Shown here piece by piece: positions 1 to 8,248 of a stretch of DNA of 56,049 bases. The stretch is from a virus: positions 1 through 56,049 of IMG/VR virus record IMGVR_UViG_3300031520_000003; one strand, given 5' to 3'. The notes under the pieces were generated by a model. That model saw nothing but the letters and a program-made list of their open reading frames with translations, had not been told where the DNA came from and made no database searches. Made by a program: the position numbers and the translations under genes. The first letter of the stretch is position 1, and each line of letters opens with the position of its first letter.

Positions 1-127
1 TCCAGAGCAGGGCTGATTGCCTCGTTGCCTCAGTGCGTCTTCTTCTGGCTGTTGCCTCAGCCCATTTTCTTGCGCATGCATTCCACACTCCCCTCCCAAC
101 AGCAGTGCGAGGAAAGCGCACTCTGCG
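1..127. repeat. Terminal direct repeat, copy 1 (circular-closure overlap)
   Basis: Bases 1-127 are identical base for base to 55923-56049. Confidence 0.95.
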
Positions 128-402
128 TCCAGCACGCAGACGATCACCCTCTCTCCTCAGTTCCTGTGACGGCTGGACGCTCTCGACCGAGGCAGGCATC
201 GGCATGCGTCCACCAGGGGATGGGACCCTCCGACTTCGGATGGTTCTCTGATCTGGCAAGCGCACGGTGTCGGGAGCTTCGATCACGGCTCGCCGCACCG
301 AGTGCAACACCTGCTCGTTGGCGAAAGCGGTTTGTAGAGCCAGCCACACCAGGAGCACAATGCTCACAAAGAGCACACAAATAATGCTATACAGAACAAC
401 AA

Positions 403-945
403 TCATCCTTCAAACCTCGCCACAATGTCTTGTAACTGCCCTTCAGAAAGCTTTGTACTTGCCCATCCTGCTACAAACGAGGGAAGCATCATACTCTCGA
501 TTTCTTCCGCTTCCTTGTTCTGTGCAAGCAAGTCAAGAGAGGTTCCGGCTCGTAGCATCTCATAGACGTGAACAGCTTGCTTGAGGTGTGATTTTCCACC
601 TGGCGTCGGCATGACATCCAAGACGACAATCATGAGCATTTCGCGTCGGTTCGGGTCAAGAGACGGCGCGGATATGGGCTGCTCACCATGCTTCACAGTA
701 CTTGCCCAGGCTTCCGTGATAAGGCAGACTTGCTTCACCTCAGAGCCCTTGTGGTCTGCTCCAAACTGGACCCCGACGCGAAACAGATACTTCTGTTTGT
801 CTAAGGTGGTGCCATTCGGTTGACCAAAACCGTCCAAAATGAAGATGGTGCTTGCAGTGTCCGACTCGACAAGGAGAGTCGGCCAATGCGATCCATGCAC
901 TAACAAGGACTCCTTCGCATGCTGGACAATCGCGGAAATGTTCAT
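403..945 (-). CDS. hypothetical protein (180 aa)
   Basis: Clean ORF. Its start overlaps the stop of the upstream ORF by 4 nt (942-945), and it is the last gene of the left-arm operon. Confidence 0.65.
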   Translation of the reverse strand: MNISAIVQHAKESLLVHGSHWPTLLVESDTASTIFILDGFGQPNGTTLDKQKYLFRVGVQFGADHKGSEVKQVCLITEAWASTVKHGEQPISAPSLDPNRREMLMIVVLDVMPTPGGKSHLKQAVHVYEMLRAGTSLDLLAQNKEAEEIESMMLPSFVAGWASTKLSEGQLQDIVARFEG

Positions 946-1400
946 ACGTCTCCTTTCTTCAATGCGCCATCGGGCCCAAGTGCTCCCTGCTCCGAAACCG
1001 CGAGAAGCAGATCAATCGCCCCTTGCGCCTCTTCGTCATCCTCAAACAATTCGGAATCTGAATTGTTTGTCAATTCTTTTTGTTCCTCGTCTGACTTGTT
1101 TTCAGGCTCAACAAAGGGCACAATCAGCCCATATTTGAGAGCGTGGTTGATCGTTCTACATCTATCGTCAAAGGACCATCCATCAATGCCAGCTTCATTG
1201 ATAGGCAAACCTTGAAGAGACGTGATGAACCGATGAAACTGTTCATCCGTTGCATGCTCAACATCAACTGGTGGCCCGTTTTCGATAGGCAACAATTTTA
1301 CGGCTACTTCCCACGGGCGCAGGCGTTTGAAGTCCTGCTTCTGTAAGCCATCGCTCTTTGCGTTCCCAACATTTGACATGTCGATCATAGTCTTTCCCAT
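942..1400 (-). CDS. hypothetical acidic protein
   Basis: The ORF is open from 1544. ATG 1400 is preceded by AAAGGAAAGG, and the upstream part overlaps ORF 1264..2019 in another frame. Contains NNSDSELFEDDEE. Confidence 0.55.
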   Translation of the reverse strand: MGKTMIDMSNVGNAKSDGLQKQDFKRLRPWEVAVKLLPIENGPPVDVEHATDEQFHRFITSLQGLPINEAGIDGWSFDDRCRTINHALKYGLIVPFVEPENKSDEEQKELTNNSDSELFEDDEEAQGAIDLLLAVSEQGALGPDGALKKGDV

Positions 1401-2019
1401 CCTTTCCTTTGTTCGGCTTGGTAAAGTACCATCGCTTATAATAGGTCTGCATGTCGCTCGACAACCCAGGAAACGGTCTTCCCATTTTGGAAGAGAACAA
1501 CACCACATCTCGTACAGGGTCGATGTCATCATTCCCAAGATCATCGTACTTCCTTAACCTCCCAGGATTGCCAATTTTTTTAATTTCAGGGACATTCTCG
1601 CGCTCCTCGGCTTGTGGAGCCAGCGTATCAGGCTCAAACAATTCAGGAGATGAATTCTTTTGGATTCTTTTTGTTCCTGCATCCGAATTGTTTGGCGGCT
1701 CATTCTGAACAGTTTTTACTCCCTCCGGTGAATTGTTTTGGGACTCAGGCTCCGAATTGTTTTTTGCGTCAACTCCCCGCGCTTCCACGTCTGGAAATGC
1801 TTCTGCAGGAGGTTTCGGGCCTCGGTCTCGCTCTTTTTCAGGCCGTGCAAGAGGGCCTGATGGTTTCGCTCTGGGGAGCGGTACTGCTGCATAGGGTTCC
1901 TCGTTTCTCGGCTGTTCAGATCGTGCTACGGGTTCGGCTCGTCGTAGTGGCTCATCAGGTGACTCCTCTCTTGTCGGTTGTGCAGGATGCACGACGGGTA
2001 ACGGATCAGTGTGACGCAC
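1264..2019 (-). CDS. hypothetical Pro/Glu-rich protein
   Basis: 251-aa ORF with a GTG start. The N-terminal half is disordered-looking, with repeated NNS and ELFE peptides. The last ~45 codons overlap the next gene. Confidence 0.5.
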   Translation of the reverse strand: MRHTDPLPVVHPAQPTREESPDEPLRRAEPVARSEQPRNEEPYAAVPLPRAKPSGPLARPEKERDRGPKPPAEAFPDVEARGVDAKNNSEPESQNNSPEGVKTVQNEPPNNSDAGTKRIQKNSSPELFEPDTLAPQAEERENVPEIKKIGNPGRLRKYDDLGNDDIDPVRDVVLFSSKMGRPFPGLSSDMQTYYKRWYFTKPNKGKDGKDYDRHVKCWERKERWLTEAGLQTPAPVGSSRKIVAYRKRATS

Positions 2020-2105
2020 TTCTGGCCTCCGCGATTGTTCAGGTAGAGGATGCTTGAGAAAGACAAAAGGGCGTCTCGAAACGTGCTGGTCCTCGGGTTC
2101 AGGCG

Positions 2106-2918
2106 CTATGCGTTGTGGCTGCCGTTCCCGTTCGCCTGGTGTTTGCTCGGGACGGCCTTGAAAAAAGAGTCATCTGATCCACCGAGCAATTTTTCCGTAT
2201 AGCCACGAGCCATCTCGTCATCGCGCTGCTGCTGCTGCTGCTGCTGCTGCTCTTTGGCTCGACGCTCTTCTTTGGGACGCAATTTCTCATAGTGACGCTG
2301 CTGGTGACGCGCCTCTGCTTCATCAACCACGGAGAGATCGCCAGTGTAAAACCGTCTCTTCTGCTCGGTGGTCATGTTTGGAATCAGGTTCATCGCGTCA
2401 CGCACAATGTCGCGTCCGGCGTAGTCACGAGCGCGAACAACATCCTGCGCAGCTGGACGGTTGACGCTGGCATGAATGACCTTTGCCTGTGCAAAGGCAT
2501 ACCACAGGGCGATTGCGCCCATGACACCGATGATCGCCGCCTGAACGGGATGCCCCTCGACGAGAATCGTATAACAGCGAAACAGCAGAGATGAGATTTC
2601 AATGCCAGCCACCAGCCACCGCACATGCGTCCAACTGCGAAGATAACTTCCATTGCCCTTGGCGGTCGCCTCAAAACTTTCTACATGCTCACGCAGATAT
2701 TCCCCAAGCACAAACGCCTGGAACGCTGCCCCGAAAATGAAGATCGCGAAGGCCCAGGCCCCAATCTGTGTGCCAATGGAGCCGAAGACAATGGAGAGCG
2801 CAATCTCGCCCAAAAAGCCCCCAAGCAGGAATGCCTGAAATGCAAACAGGGCGTGAACCGCAATCTCAACCAAGACGGCCCAGGCAAGGCTCACTTGGTC
2901 ATTATGGAAAAATTTCAT
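2106..2918 (-). CDS. multi-pass membrane protein with C-terminal poly-Gln tract
   Basis: Several hydrophobic helices (AVLVEIAVHALFAFQAFLLGGFLG, AWAFAIFIFGAAFQAFVLG and others). Q8 is encoded by (CTG)8 at 2226-2249. Confidence 0.7.
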   Translation of the reverse strand: MKFFHNDQVSLAWAVLVEIAVHALFAFQAFLLGGFLGEIALSIVFGSIGTQIGAWAFAIFIFGAAFQAFVLGEYLREHVESFEATAKGNGSYLRSWTHVRWLVAGIEISSLLFRCYTILVEGHPVQAAIIGVMGAIALWYAFAQAKVIHASVNRPAAQDVVRARDYAGRDIVRDAMNLIPNMTTEQKRRFYTGDLSVVDEAEARHQQRHYEKLRPKEERRAKEQQQQQQQQRDDEMARGYTEKLLGGSDDSFFKAVPSKHQANGNGSHNA

Positions 2919-3017
2919 TTTTTTGTCCTTTCAGACTATACTGAAACTGTTCTGAACGAAATCCAGGACTGGCAACGGGCGCACCACTTGCGCCCCGTCG
3001 CTTTACGCGCAAACGCG

Positions 3018-3488
3018 CTACGAAACGAGAAATTTCTTGAGCACTTCCGCCGAGACCGCGATCATGAGACGCTTGTTGTTTTCGGGCACCTGCTCCCACG
3101 GAACTGCGCTTGCCTTGCGGGTCTGGTACGAATAGTCCGGTGCAAGCCGCTCATAGGTCTCGTGAAAGAAGCGGGCGACCTCTTCAGGGGTTGTCTCCTG
3201 CTCTACGACAGTCTCATCTTTCACCAGCGCGATCTGCTGCTCGCGCTCGGAATCGCTCAACACATCCTTTTCTCCACGGAAGAATATCGGGAGAGTGAGA
3301 GCATTGGTCCAGTGGAACACACCGTCACCATACCGCCAGAACTCGACATTGACGCTCTGTTCGCGCGCAATGAGACCGCGTGCAAGCGACCAGCCCTCAT
3401 CCATTGACGCAATCGGGCCAGATTGAACGACTGCACCCGTCGCATCTTTGGCGATGAAGAAGAGCGGGCCTCCCTTGTGTGTGACCAT
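3018..3488 (-). CDS. conserved phage protein, C-terminal RyR-like motif (tentative)
   Basis: The C-terminus VARFFHETYERLAPDYSYQTRKASAVPWEQVPENNKRLMIAVSAEVL resembles the HE.Y..LA...PW..vPe.nk pattern of RyR-type phage domains. Confidence 0.6.
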   Translation of the reverse strand: MVTHKGGPLFFIAKDATGAVVQSGPIASMDEGWSLARGLIAREQSVNVEFWRYGDGVFHWTNALTLPIFFRGEKDVLSDSEREQQIALVKDETVVEQETTPEEVARFFHETYERLAPDYSYQTRKASAVPWEQVPENNKRLMIAVSAEVLKKFLVS

Positions 3489-3496
3489 GATACCTC

Positions 3497-4759
3497 CTAG
3501 ACCGCGACCCGCTCATCACGTGTCACTGCTCCGGCATACTGCGCGTACGCTTCCAACGCCCACGCAATCTGCTGCTTGAGTGTCACGTCCACCGGCTGCA
3601 TCCATTCTTCGGGCGTGTACAGATCGCAATACACGTCTCGCTCGATGTACAGCCCGAGCACAGAGCGACCGCTGGGCAACTGTCCCCACGAGGTCTGCAT
3701 CCCCGGATACTGCGCCGTAATCTGCTGCTCTAACGCCTCAGCTTCAGTCTGCGTCATTCCCCATGTGTCCCCTTGCCCGTTTCCTTGTGTAACTTCCACT
3801 GGTTGAGCTATTGTTACACAAGACTGCGGAATGTCTTGCGTGATCGGGTGCGCGTGCGGCACCTCTGGCTCCGGATAGAGGCGTGTTGCGTGAGCTGGCG
3901 GTGTCCAGTCACGTGACTTGAACGCGATCTCCTCGTAGAACTTGTTGATCTTGACCAACGTCAACAGTTCATGATGATCTTTCCAGAATTTCTCAACATG
4001 CTTGAAGTACAGGATGGCGACTTCAGCTTGTCGTAAGGCGTCCTCCTCGCCTATGAGCACGGCGAGAGCTTCAAGACGCTGAGAAAGGGCCTGGAATGCT
4101 TCCTCCATATCGGCCTCCTTTCGGCACGGGGCTAAATGGGTTGTGTCTAAAAGGGACAGTTTCTCTCTCAAAGAAGAAAAAGAGTCAAGAGAGACAGGAG
4201 GGAGGGAAGGCAAGGGAAGGCTTGCGGGTACAGTTGCCTCTGGCTTCGGAGCTTCCCTATATTCCTCCTCCATATTAGGGGATATATTAGAATCCATATT
4301 CCCCCTATATTGTGTCGATTTTGAGCTTGCGATTGGAACAGCCGTGTTTCCTGTGGGAACGGTTGTGTTTCTATGAGAAACTGAGCTATTCCTGGCAGGA
4401 ACAGATGAGTCTTTCTGTGTCTCATTCCTGCTCTGCTGTTCCTCACAGGAACGGTTGCGCTTTGATGGATTGTCTTGCCAGACCTTCTCGATCTGCAACG
4501 TGAGACGTATTCCAACGTCGGTCTCTTCTCGGCTGATCCAGCCGAATTGGAGCCATTTTTGGATGGCACGCGAAATCGTGGCCTTTGCCATCTTGATGGT
4601 TCGGCACAATGCGCCCAGCGACCCCTCAAAGTAGCCTTGCTGTCCAAAATGACGCAGAAATTGAAGAAATCCAAGTTTTTCGATATCCGAGAGAGCACAA
4701 TCGAACACCACGTTGGGTACCTGGGTAAAACAGTCTCGTTTGAGAGCGATCTGTGTCAT
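3497..4759 (-). CDS. replication initiator-like winged-HTH protein (lambda O N-terminal type)
   Basis: The N-terminus FTQVPNVVFDCALSDIEKLGFLQFLRHFG....LGALCRTIKMAKATISRAIQKWLQFGWI matches the Phage_rep_O pattern (FT.vPN ... HTH). Confidence 0.6.
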   Translation of the reverse strand: MTQIALKRDCFTQVPNVVFDCALSDIEKLGFLQFLRHFGQQGYFEGSLGALCRTIKMAKATISRAIQKWLQFGWISREETDVGIRLTLQIEKVWQDNPSKRNRSCEEQQSRNETQKDSSVPARNSSVSHRNTTVPTGNTAVPIASSKSTQYRGNMDSNISPNMEEEYREAPKPEATVPASLPLPSLPPVSLDSFSSLREKLSLLDTTHLAPCRKEADMEEAFQALSQRLEALAVLIGEEDALRQAEVAILYFKHVEKFWKDHHELLTLVKINKFYEEIAFKSRDWTPPAHATRLYPEPEVPHAHPITQDIPQSCVTIAQPVEVTQGNGQGDTWGMTQTEAEALEQQITAQYPGMQTSWGQLPSGRSVLGLYIERDVYCDLYTPEEWMQPVDVTLKQQIAWALEAYAQYAGAVTRDERVAV

Positions 4760-4833
4760 TCCTGCGCCTCACTTCCATCTGTCTGCATCAAAAATACGCT
4801 TCTCTTCCCTCGTACCTTGTGTCTTGTCTGTGG

Positions 4834-6099
4834 TTGAGAAGCCTCAACCTGTGGTATACTGGCTCTATAGGCTGTGCCCCTTGAGTTGCGAAGAACCCCT
4901 TTGATGGCCTGGTGGAAACAGCCTTGTTTTTGTTTCATGATCTTCCCCTTCATGATTTTCCCGAGGGACCTCGGGAACAGGTCATCGTCGAACGGACCGG
5001 TCACTATGGACGTGCTCTTGAGCAATTTCTGCACGAGCGAGGCATCACGATCTACGAGGTCCACCCACAAGAGCACACGTCGCGCAACAAAAGCGATAAG
5101 CGCGATGCACAGATGTTGGCAGCCCTCTTGTACAATCAGGTGGAGCGCGGTGTCTTGGTCACGGATGAAAACCAGATCGCCCGCAGGCTGGTGCCACCTC
5201 ATGAGACGGTGCAACTGCTGCAAGGTCTGGTCCAGCACCGATTGGAACTGGTTCGCGAGAGCACACAGCGCAAAAATAAGCTGACCGCCATCGCCGATGA
5301 ACTGTTTCCTGAATTGACCCAGGTCAATTCGGACCCCAACAGCCAGAGCGCGTTGGCACTCAGGAAACAGTATCCGTCCCCACAAGATATCGAGAAAGCA
5401 GCTCTCGACGCCTTGTGTGAGACGCGCCTGCATACGCGTCCAAGTCGCGCACATCTCGCAGAATTGCAAGACCTGGCACGCACGACGATTGGCACGAAAC
5501 ACCCATCCAGACGCACAAGCTTGCTTCTGGAGCAAAAGCAACTCATTGCCGAACTGCACTTGCTTCAAGAGCACCTGGACGTGTTGGAAGAGGAGATTGA
5601 AACCGCTCTGCACGAGAGTCGAGACGGACGAATCTTGCTCTCGTTTCCCACCATCGGGACGACGCAAGCCTCGATCATTTTGGCGCACATGGGCAACGTC
5701 GCCAACTATCCGCGTGCCTCGAAACTGCGTGGATATATGGGTTGGTCGCCTCACCAGCGACAGACAGGCACATCCACAGACAGCATGACCTTGACCAAGG
5801 GAGGCAATCCTCTGCTGAAGCAGACCATGTTCCTGGTCTCGCTCACCGCTATTCGGACGGATACGCAGTGGCGCACCCTCTACCACCGCCTGGTGCCGCG
5901 CATCTGCCAGTTCGACGAGCGAACCGGACGCTATAAAGGTCGCATGAAGGTGATCGGACGCATCGCGGGTCCGATGATCGGCCTGATCTATGTCCTGCTG
6001 AGAAAGGATTATGACCTGCTGGCTGCGCTTGCCGAGGGAGAGGACCCGCCGGAGCCGGAGGTGTACGAGCGGAGCAAACACCGCGTTCGTGGAAGCTAA
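4834..6099 (+). mobile_element. IS110-family element, degenerate copy (exact ends not determined)
   Basis: The transposase reading frame is open from TTG 4834 but is interrupted by TGA 4882-4884. It is inserted against the direction of the surrounding minus-strand operon. Confidence 0.6.
4912..6099 (+). CDS. IS110-family (DEDD) transposase, N-terminally truncated, probably defective
   Basis: VERTGHYG, KSDKRDAQMLA and the C-terminal SFPTIGTTQASIILAHMGNV...GGNPLLKQTMF motifs are present. The first catalytic G-I-D-V-x-K block is missing. Confidence 0.8.
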   Translation: METALFLFHDLPLHDFPEGPREQVIVERTGHYGRALEQFLHERGITIYEVHPQEHTSRNKSDKRDAQMLAALLYNQVERGVLVTDENQIARRLVPPHETVQLLQGLVQHRLELVRESTQRKNKLTAIADELFPELTQVNSDPNSQSALALRKQYPSPQDIEKAALDALCETRLHTRPSRAHLAELQDLARTTIGTKHPSRRTSLLLEQKQLIAELHLLQEHLDVLEEEIETALHESRDGRILLSFPTIGTTQASIILAHMGNVANYPRASKLRGYMGWSPHQRQTGTSTDSMTLTKGGNPLLKQTMFLVSLTAIRTDTQWRTLYHRLVPRICQFDERTGRYKGRMKVIGRIAGPMIGLIYVLLRKDYDLLAALAEGEDPPEPEVYERSKHRVRGS

Positions 6100-6392
6100 C
6101 ATGCTGGCTCCAAGCAAGCCAGCGTGTGGGACATGAGTATCACAGATGTCGAAAACCCTCCTTGTCCGTCTTCATCCTGAGTATCTTGTCTTTTTGTTCT
6201 GCTTGATGGTTGAATTGCATCAAGTTCCTCTTGTGTCCAGAGAGACGTATTTTTCAAGATGCGTCCTGTGGTAGCGCGTCCTCGGCGGCGAAGATTGCGA
6301 AGGCTGGCAACACCATAAATGATTCCTCTTTTCTCTTTGAGATACTCCACCGCTTCAGCGGGAGTATACACATAATTTGGGTCCTTTTGCAT
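6096..6392 (-). CDS. small HTH DNA-binding protein (excisionase/MerR-like)
   Basis: YTPAEAVEYLKEKRGIIYGVASLRNLRRRGR...WTQEELD. The C-terminal tail runs into the IS110 end. Confidence 0.55.
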   Translation of the reverse strand: MQKDPNYVYTPAEAVEYLKEKRGIIYGVASLRNLRRRGRATTGRILKNTSLWTQEELDAIQPSSRTKRQDTQDEDGQGGFSTSVILMSHTLACLEPAC

Positions 6393-6481
6393 AGTTCCTC
6401 CATGTCACGTTATCGTGTTGTAAAGAGGATACCATGTCACCTCAATTTTTACAAGAGGACAGCTTCACTGGTGCATGAGAG

Positions 6482-7300
6482 CTAGTGTGTTTGTTGCTGC
6501 CCGATCTCTAGATCGCAACTATCAATGCTTCCATCCGGTTTGACGAGATATTGAATGTCGAAGGTGCCAGCCTGGATCACATTCTGGTTTGCATCAGTGA
6601 AAGCATCCGCACTAAATCTTGATGCAAGCGAAGAACTGATAGAAAGCACATCATAGCCTTGTGTTGATGAAAGCTCGACTCGCTTCAGCGTATGAGCGTC
6701 CGATGGCGCATACGCTGCACAGATCGCCTCTGCTGTACTTGGCGTCCAGGTCGCGCCATTGATCGATGCTACGATAATGCCCCCAGCGTTGTGCGTCCCT
6801 GGATAAGGCGAGACGATCAGTCCGTCAGTAGGGCCATTAGCAGCTCGTTGCCAGTGATAGCTATTGGTATCACTGTGATCGTTGGGGGGTCCATATTTTC
6901 CTACAAAATCGCTGATCGGTCCTCCAAGATGAGGAGTATCGTGAGTGATAGGAGGCACAGACGGTCCTCCTTGTGCGCCAGTTGGTTTGGGTGTTGTAGT
7001 TGGGATCATCGTTGGTTTCGGAGTTGGTGTGGAAGTTTGTGCTGTGGTTGCTGTAGGAAGAGTGGGGGTAGTTTTTACATCGTGAAATCCTAACGCTGAT
7101 GGATAAATAACACCTACACACGAACACAAAGCGAGAAGAAAGAGAAGTGTGCCGCATCCTATGCCCCATTGTGTGCGCTTTCGAGCTCCCCTGAACCGTC
7201 GCCACATGGATTGTTTAGGCGGTGGCGGGGCTGGAACAGGTGGGTAGCCATGCGGTCCCGTTGGCTGTTGGGAGAAGTTGCCTGGTTGAAGTTTCGACAT
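6482..7300 (-). CDS. membrane-anchored protein with Thr/Pro linker and extracytoplasmic domain
   Basis: Pro-rich N-terminus, TM segment GCGTLLFLLALCSCVGVIY, then a TTPTLPTATTAQTSTPTPKPT linker. Confidence 0.7.
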   Translation of the reverse strand: MSKLQPGNFSQQPTGPHGYPPVPAPPPPKQSMWRRFRGARKRTQWGIGCGTLLFLLALCSCVGVIYPSALGFHDVKTTPTLPTATTAQTSTPTPKPTMIPTTTPKPTGAQGGPSVPPITHDTPHLGGPISDFVGKYGPPNDHSDTNSYHWQRAANGPTDGLIVSPYPGTHNAGGIIVASINGATWTPSTAEAICAAYAPSDAHTLKRVELSSTQGYDVLSISSSLASRFSADAFTDANQNVIQAGTFDIQYLVKPDGSIDSCDLEIGQQQTH

Positions 7301-7370
7301 GATGTTTTCCCTTCATACGACTCATCTATTTCGCGTTCTACCTCTTCACACTCGAAGAGATAGGAAAAGC

Positions 7371-7399
7371 AGTATAGCAAAACGCTTCTCAAAAGTCAT
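7371..7399 (-). promoter_or_regulatory. sigma70-like promoter, leftward (ATGACT-N17-TGcTATACT)
   Basis: Read on the minus strand: -35 ATGACT (7394-7399), 17-nt spacer, extended -10 TGCTATACT (7371-7379). It lies upstream of 6482..7300. Confidence 0.5.
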
Positions 7400-7421
7400 G
7401 GAACATCTGTTTTCATGAAGA

Positions 7422-7441
7422 AATTGTAATCTTTTACAATT
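7422..7441. promoter_or_regulatory. Perfect palindrome AATTGTAA-N4-TTACAATT between the divergent early promoters (candidate operator)
   Basis: 8-bp arms at 7422-7429 and 7434-7441, read directly. Confidence 0.5.
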
Positions 7442-7464
7442 CACCCAAATCCGCACAAAAACGC

Positions 7465-7493
7465 TTGACAGTGACACGATGTCGTGATATACT
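7465..7493 (+). promoter_or_regulatory. sigma70-like promoter, rightward early operon (TTGACA-N17-TATACT)
   Basis: TTGACA 7465-7470 and TATACT 7488-7493, flanked by the inverted repeat CTTGACAGTG / CAGTGTCAAG (7464-7473 / 7513-7522). Confidence 0.65.
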
Positions 7494-7552
7494 CTCTAGT
7501 AGAGACACGATACAGTGTCAAGACAAAGAGTCATCAAAGGGGGAAACATCCA

Positions 7553-7930
7553 ATGACCACAGCTCTCACGAGCCGCAAGGCTTCGACAAAGGTTGTACGC
7601 ATTCTCGCTCGCTATCAGCTCAAGGCAAGCGGCCACGTCGTCTACGCCGTCCGTCCGAGCAAGGGCGGCGATCCGTACTACACCACCATTGTCAATGGCA
7701 AGGCGTCCGGCTGCACGTGTCCGGCGATGAAGCCCTGCTATCATATGCTCCAGTTGGAAGAGCGCGAGACTGGGCGCATCGTGAACCAGGTCGAAGCGAT
7801 GTTGAATGCGAGCGACGAGGTGGATGAGGACGAAGCGTACGAAGCCTGGAAGCACGATCATGGGTACGACGAGCCGATGACGCGCGAGGATTATGCAGCG
7901 TTTTTCGACCCCAACGGATGGGGATTGTAA
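7553..7930 (+). CDS. SWIM zinc-finger protein
   Basis: C-x-C-x6-C-x-H motif (GCTCPAMKPCYH). ATG 7553 follows AAGGGGGA, and the ORF is open from 7484. Confidence 0.65.
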   Translation: MTTALTSRKASTKVVRILARYQLKASGHVVYAVRPSKGGDPYYTTIVNGKASGCTCPAMKPCYHMLQLEERETGRIVNQVEAMLNASDEVDEDEAYEAWKHDHGYDEPMTREDYAAFFDPNGWGL

Positions 7931-8190
7931 TGTGGAATGAAAGCGATGCCATCCTCGATATGCGGGACAGCATCAGAAGCGGAGCGTTTGAGATGAGCAA
8001 CAAAACTATCTATCGCTGGGTTGAGCCTGAGACCGTTTGGTATGACGATGAGCGCATAAAGCACGTCATACCTGAGCATCAAGAGGAAGGGGAATATGTG
8101 GAAGAGGCAGATATGTGGGGCTATGTGATTGTGCTGTTGAATGGCAAAAAGCACGTTGTCAAAGAGTCGGATGTCGTAGGTATTATGTAG
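7930..8190 (+). CDS. hypothetical protein
   Basis: TAATG overlap with the upstream stop. The ORF is open from 7918. Confidence 0.6.
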   Translation: MWNESDAILDMRDSIRSGAFEMSNKTIYRWVEPETVWYDDERIKHVIPEHQEEGEYVEEADMWGYVIVLLNGKKHVVKESDVVGIM

Positions 8191-8248
8191 TTCGTTCTAG
8201 GAGTAAAGCTCTGGTCATACTGTTGACCAGAGCAAAGGAGATACGGAT

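Noticed and set aside
25-384. ORFs 25..384 (+), 33..251 (+) and 144..380 (-) in the junction region
   Set aside because: They overlap one another, are Arg/Ser/Pro/Cys-rich and have no RBS. I treated them as non-coding apart from the possible short TM peptide starting at 406 on the minus strand.
4756-6117. 453-aa minus-strand ORF, the second-largest uncharacterised ORF in the track
   Set aside because: It lies exactly antisense to the IS110 transposase, which has clear family motifs. Its composition is Arg/Leu/Gln-rich shadow-frame type and it has no RBS.
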